A stretch of DNA of 64,000 bases from Trypanosoma brucei (taxonomy: Eukaryota): NCBI GenBank assembly GCA_000002445.1, contig CM000207.1, positions 1,920,001 to 1,984,000 of the forward strand, written 5' to 3'. Below are positions 62,999 to 64,000 of this stretch, piece after piece. The notes beneath the pieces are model-generated. The model saw only the letters and a program-made list of their open reading frames with translations. It ran no database searches and was not told where the DNA came from. The translations under genes and the position numbers were made by a program. Position 1 is the stretch's first letter. The number at the start of each line of letters is the position of its first letter.

Positions 62999-64000
62999 AT
63001 GGATGACGGAACTGGACACCTCCTTCGGCCTCACTCCATTATTGGTATGGGTGCATATGGCACAGTTTTCAAGGCCTTTCGGCTCGCAAAAGAGCGTGCA
63101 GGAGACGAAGAAGCGTGGGAACGAGAAGGAAAACCGGTGGCAGTGAAGCAAACTATTTTCTCGGAGGTTACCGAAGACATTACCGTTGTGCTGAAAGAAG
63201 TTTCTTATTTGAGCAACCTTCAGCATCCCAACATCGTCACCTACTACACCGCCTTTACAGGTCAGGGCAAACTCGAAAGCATCTCGCAAGCCAAGCGAAC
63301 CAGCGCAGAGTTAGGTGCGCCTACCAAGGAACCCGGGTCGAAGAGGAACGCAGAGGGAAAGGTACCAAAATCATCACTGAGCTTCTCCACTGAACCTTCT
63401 TTGTGTATTGTTGAGGAGCTCGTGGAAGGCGCCTCCGTTGCTAAGGTAATAAAAATGGCTGCGGAGCAAAGTGTAAAGCAAATGACGGAAGCGGAGATAG
63501 CTGCGGTTGTGTACGATGTTCTGCAAGCACTTTTGTACATCCACGAGGAGTGTCAACTGGTCCACCGCGATATCAAACCCCTGAATATGTTGCTTGATCG
63601 TAACGCCTCTTCTGTGAAACTTTGCGACTTTGGTACGTGCGCAGACCTGAGCCAGCAAGATGGGCGGTTTACTGTCATTGGTACCATCGGTTGGATTGCC
63701 CCCGAAGTTTTGGATAGTGGAATGATGGACCATCGCTCAGGGCACATCACTTCCCATAGTTTTCCGTCGGATGTTTGGTCGTTAGGTGTCTCTGCATTGG
63801 AGATGACGCAGGTGGGGATGACCAGATCCGCTTTATCAGAGTACATCAAGGACCTCTCCGTTATGCCATGCTCTGTCCAAGAAACGGTGACGGGTTCGCG
63901 CAAGAGTTTTCTTCAGGAGAAGCTGCCAACTGGTCACCTACGTGACTTTATTGCTTGCTGCTTGCGCAGGGATCCGCAGATACGCCCAAAAGTGCGCCAG
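62999..64000 (+). CDS. Ser/Thr protein kinase, 5' part only. The ORF is open to the window end.
   Basis: My translation from ATG 62999 reads MDDGTGHLLRPHSIIGMGAYGTVFKA...VAVKQ...HRDIKPLNMLL...DFGTCADL...GTIGWIAPEVL. These are the kinase subdomains I, II, VIb, VII and VIII. It is absent from the ORF track because no stop codon occurs before position 64000. Confidence 0.8.
   Translation, partial: MDDGTGHLLRPHSIIGMGAYGTVFKAFRLAKERAGDEEAWEREGKPVAVKQTIFSEVTEDITVVLKEVSYLSNLQHPNIVTYYTAFTGQGKLESISQAKRTSAELGAPTKEPGSKRNAEGKVPKSSLSFSTEPSLCIVEELVEGASVAKVIKMAAEQSVKQMTEAEIAAVVYDVLQALLYIHEECQLVHRDIKPLNMLLDRNASSVKLCDFGTCADLSQQDGRFTVIGTIGWIAPEVLDSGMMDHRSGHITSHSFPSDVWSLGVSALEMTQVGMTRSALSEYIKDLSVMPCSVQETVTGSRKSFLQEKLPTGHLRDFIACCLRRDPQIRPKVRQ

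Noticed and set aside
63262-63903. Three minus-strand ORFs of 92-119 aa near the window end
   Set aside because: They are antisense to the protein-kinase CDS reported above.

Overview
This window reads as kinetoplastid nuclear DNA, most like the Trypanosoma brucei group. Every convincing gene lies on the + strand, which is the expected layout for one polycistronic transcription unit. No strand switch, rRNA, tRNA, SL RNA, retroposon or prokaryotic-type element was found.

Positions 1-15066 are a head-to-tail tandem array with a period of about 3578 bp. It carries 4 complete, more than 99.8% identical copies of glycosomal glycerol kinase (512 aa, C-terminal AKL PTS1). Each copy is followed by a 2.04-kb spacer. 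The array starts upstream of the window. It ends at a short (ATT)n run about 38 nt before the point where a fifth GK ATG would sit.

Downstream is a run of single-copy + strand genes:
- ubiquitin-activating enzyme E1
- an RBBP6/Mpe1-like protein (DWNN, CCHC, RING)
- an NDUFA12-like protein
- isoprenylcysteine carboxyl methyltransferase
- a membrane-anchored PAF-acetylhydrolase-like lipase
- a 3'-5' exonuclease carrying CCHC knuckles
- a mitochondrial-type DnaJ
- a 2-phosphoglycerate-kinase-like P-loop protein
- a pentatricopeptide-repeat (PPR) protein
- a TYW4-like methyltransferase with Kelch repeats fused to a C-terminal JmjC domain
- dolichol kinase
- a long coiled-coil protein
- poly(ADP-ribose) glycohydrolase
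- a Tctex-type dynein light chain
- a SpoU-class RNA methyltransferase
- TRAPPC1/Bet5
- the 5' part of a Ser/Thr protein kinase that runs off the window end
- several conserved hypothetical proteins

The ORF track accepts GTG and TTG starts, so several CDS were trimmed to the first plausible ATG.

The points most worth a second look are the internal structure and boundary of the GK array, a length-variable C(n)(AC)n tract that distinguishes the repeat units, and the unusual TYW4-JmjC fusion. All functional calls rest on motifs I could read directly in the translations. No database search was possible.
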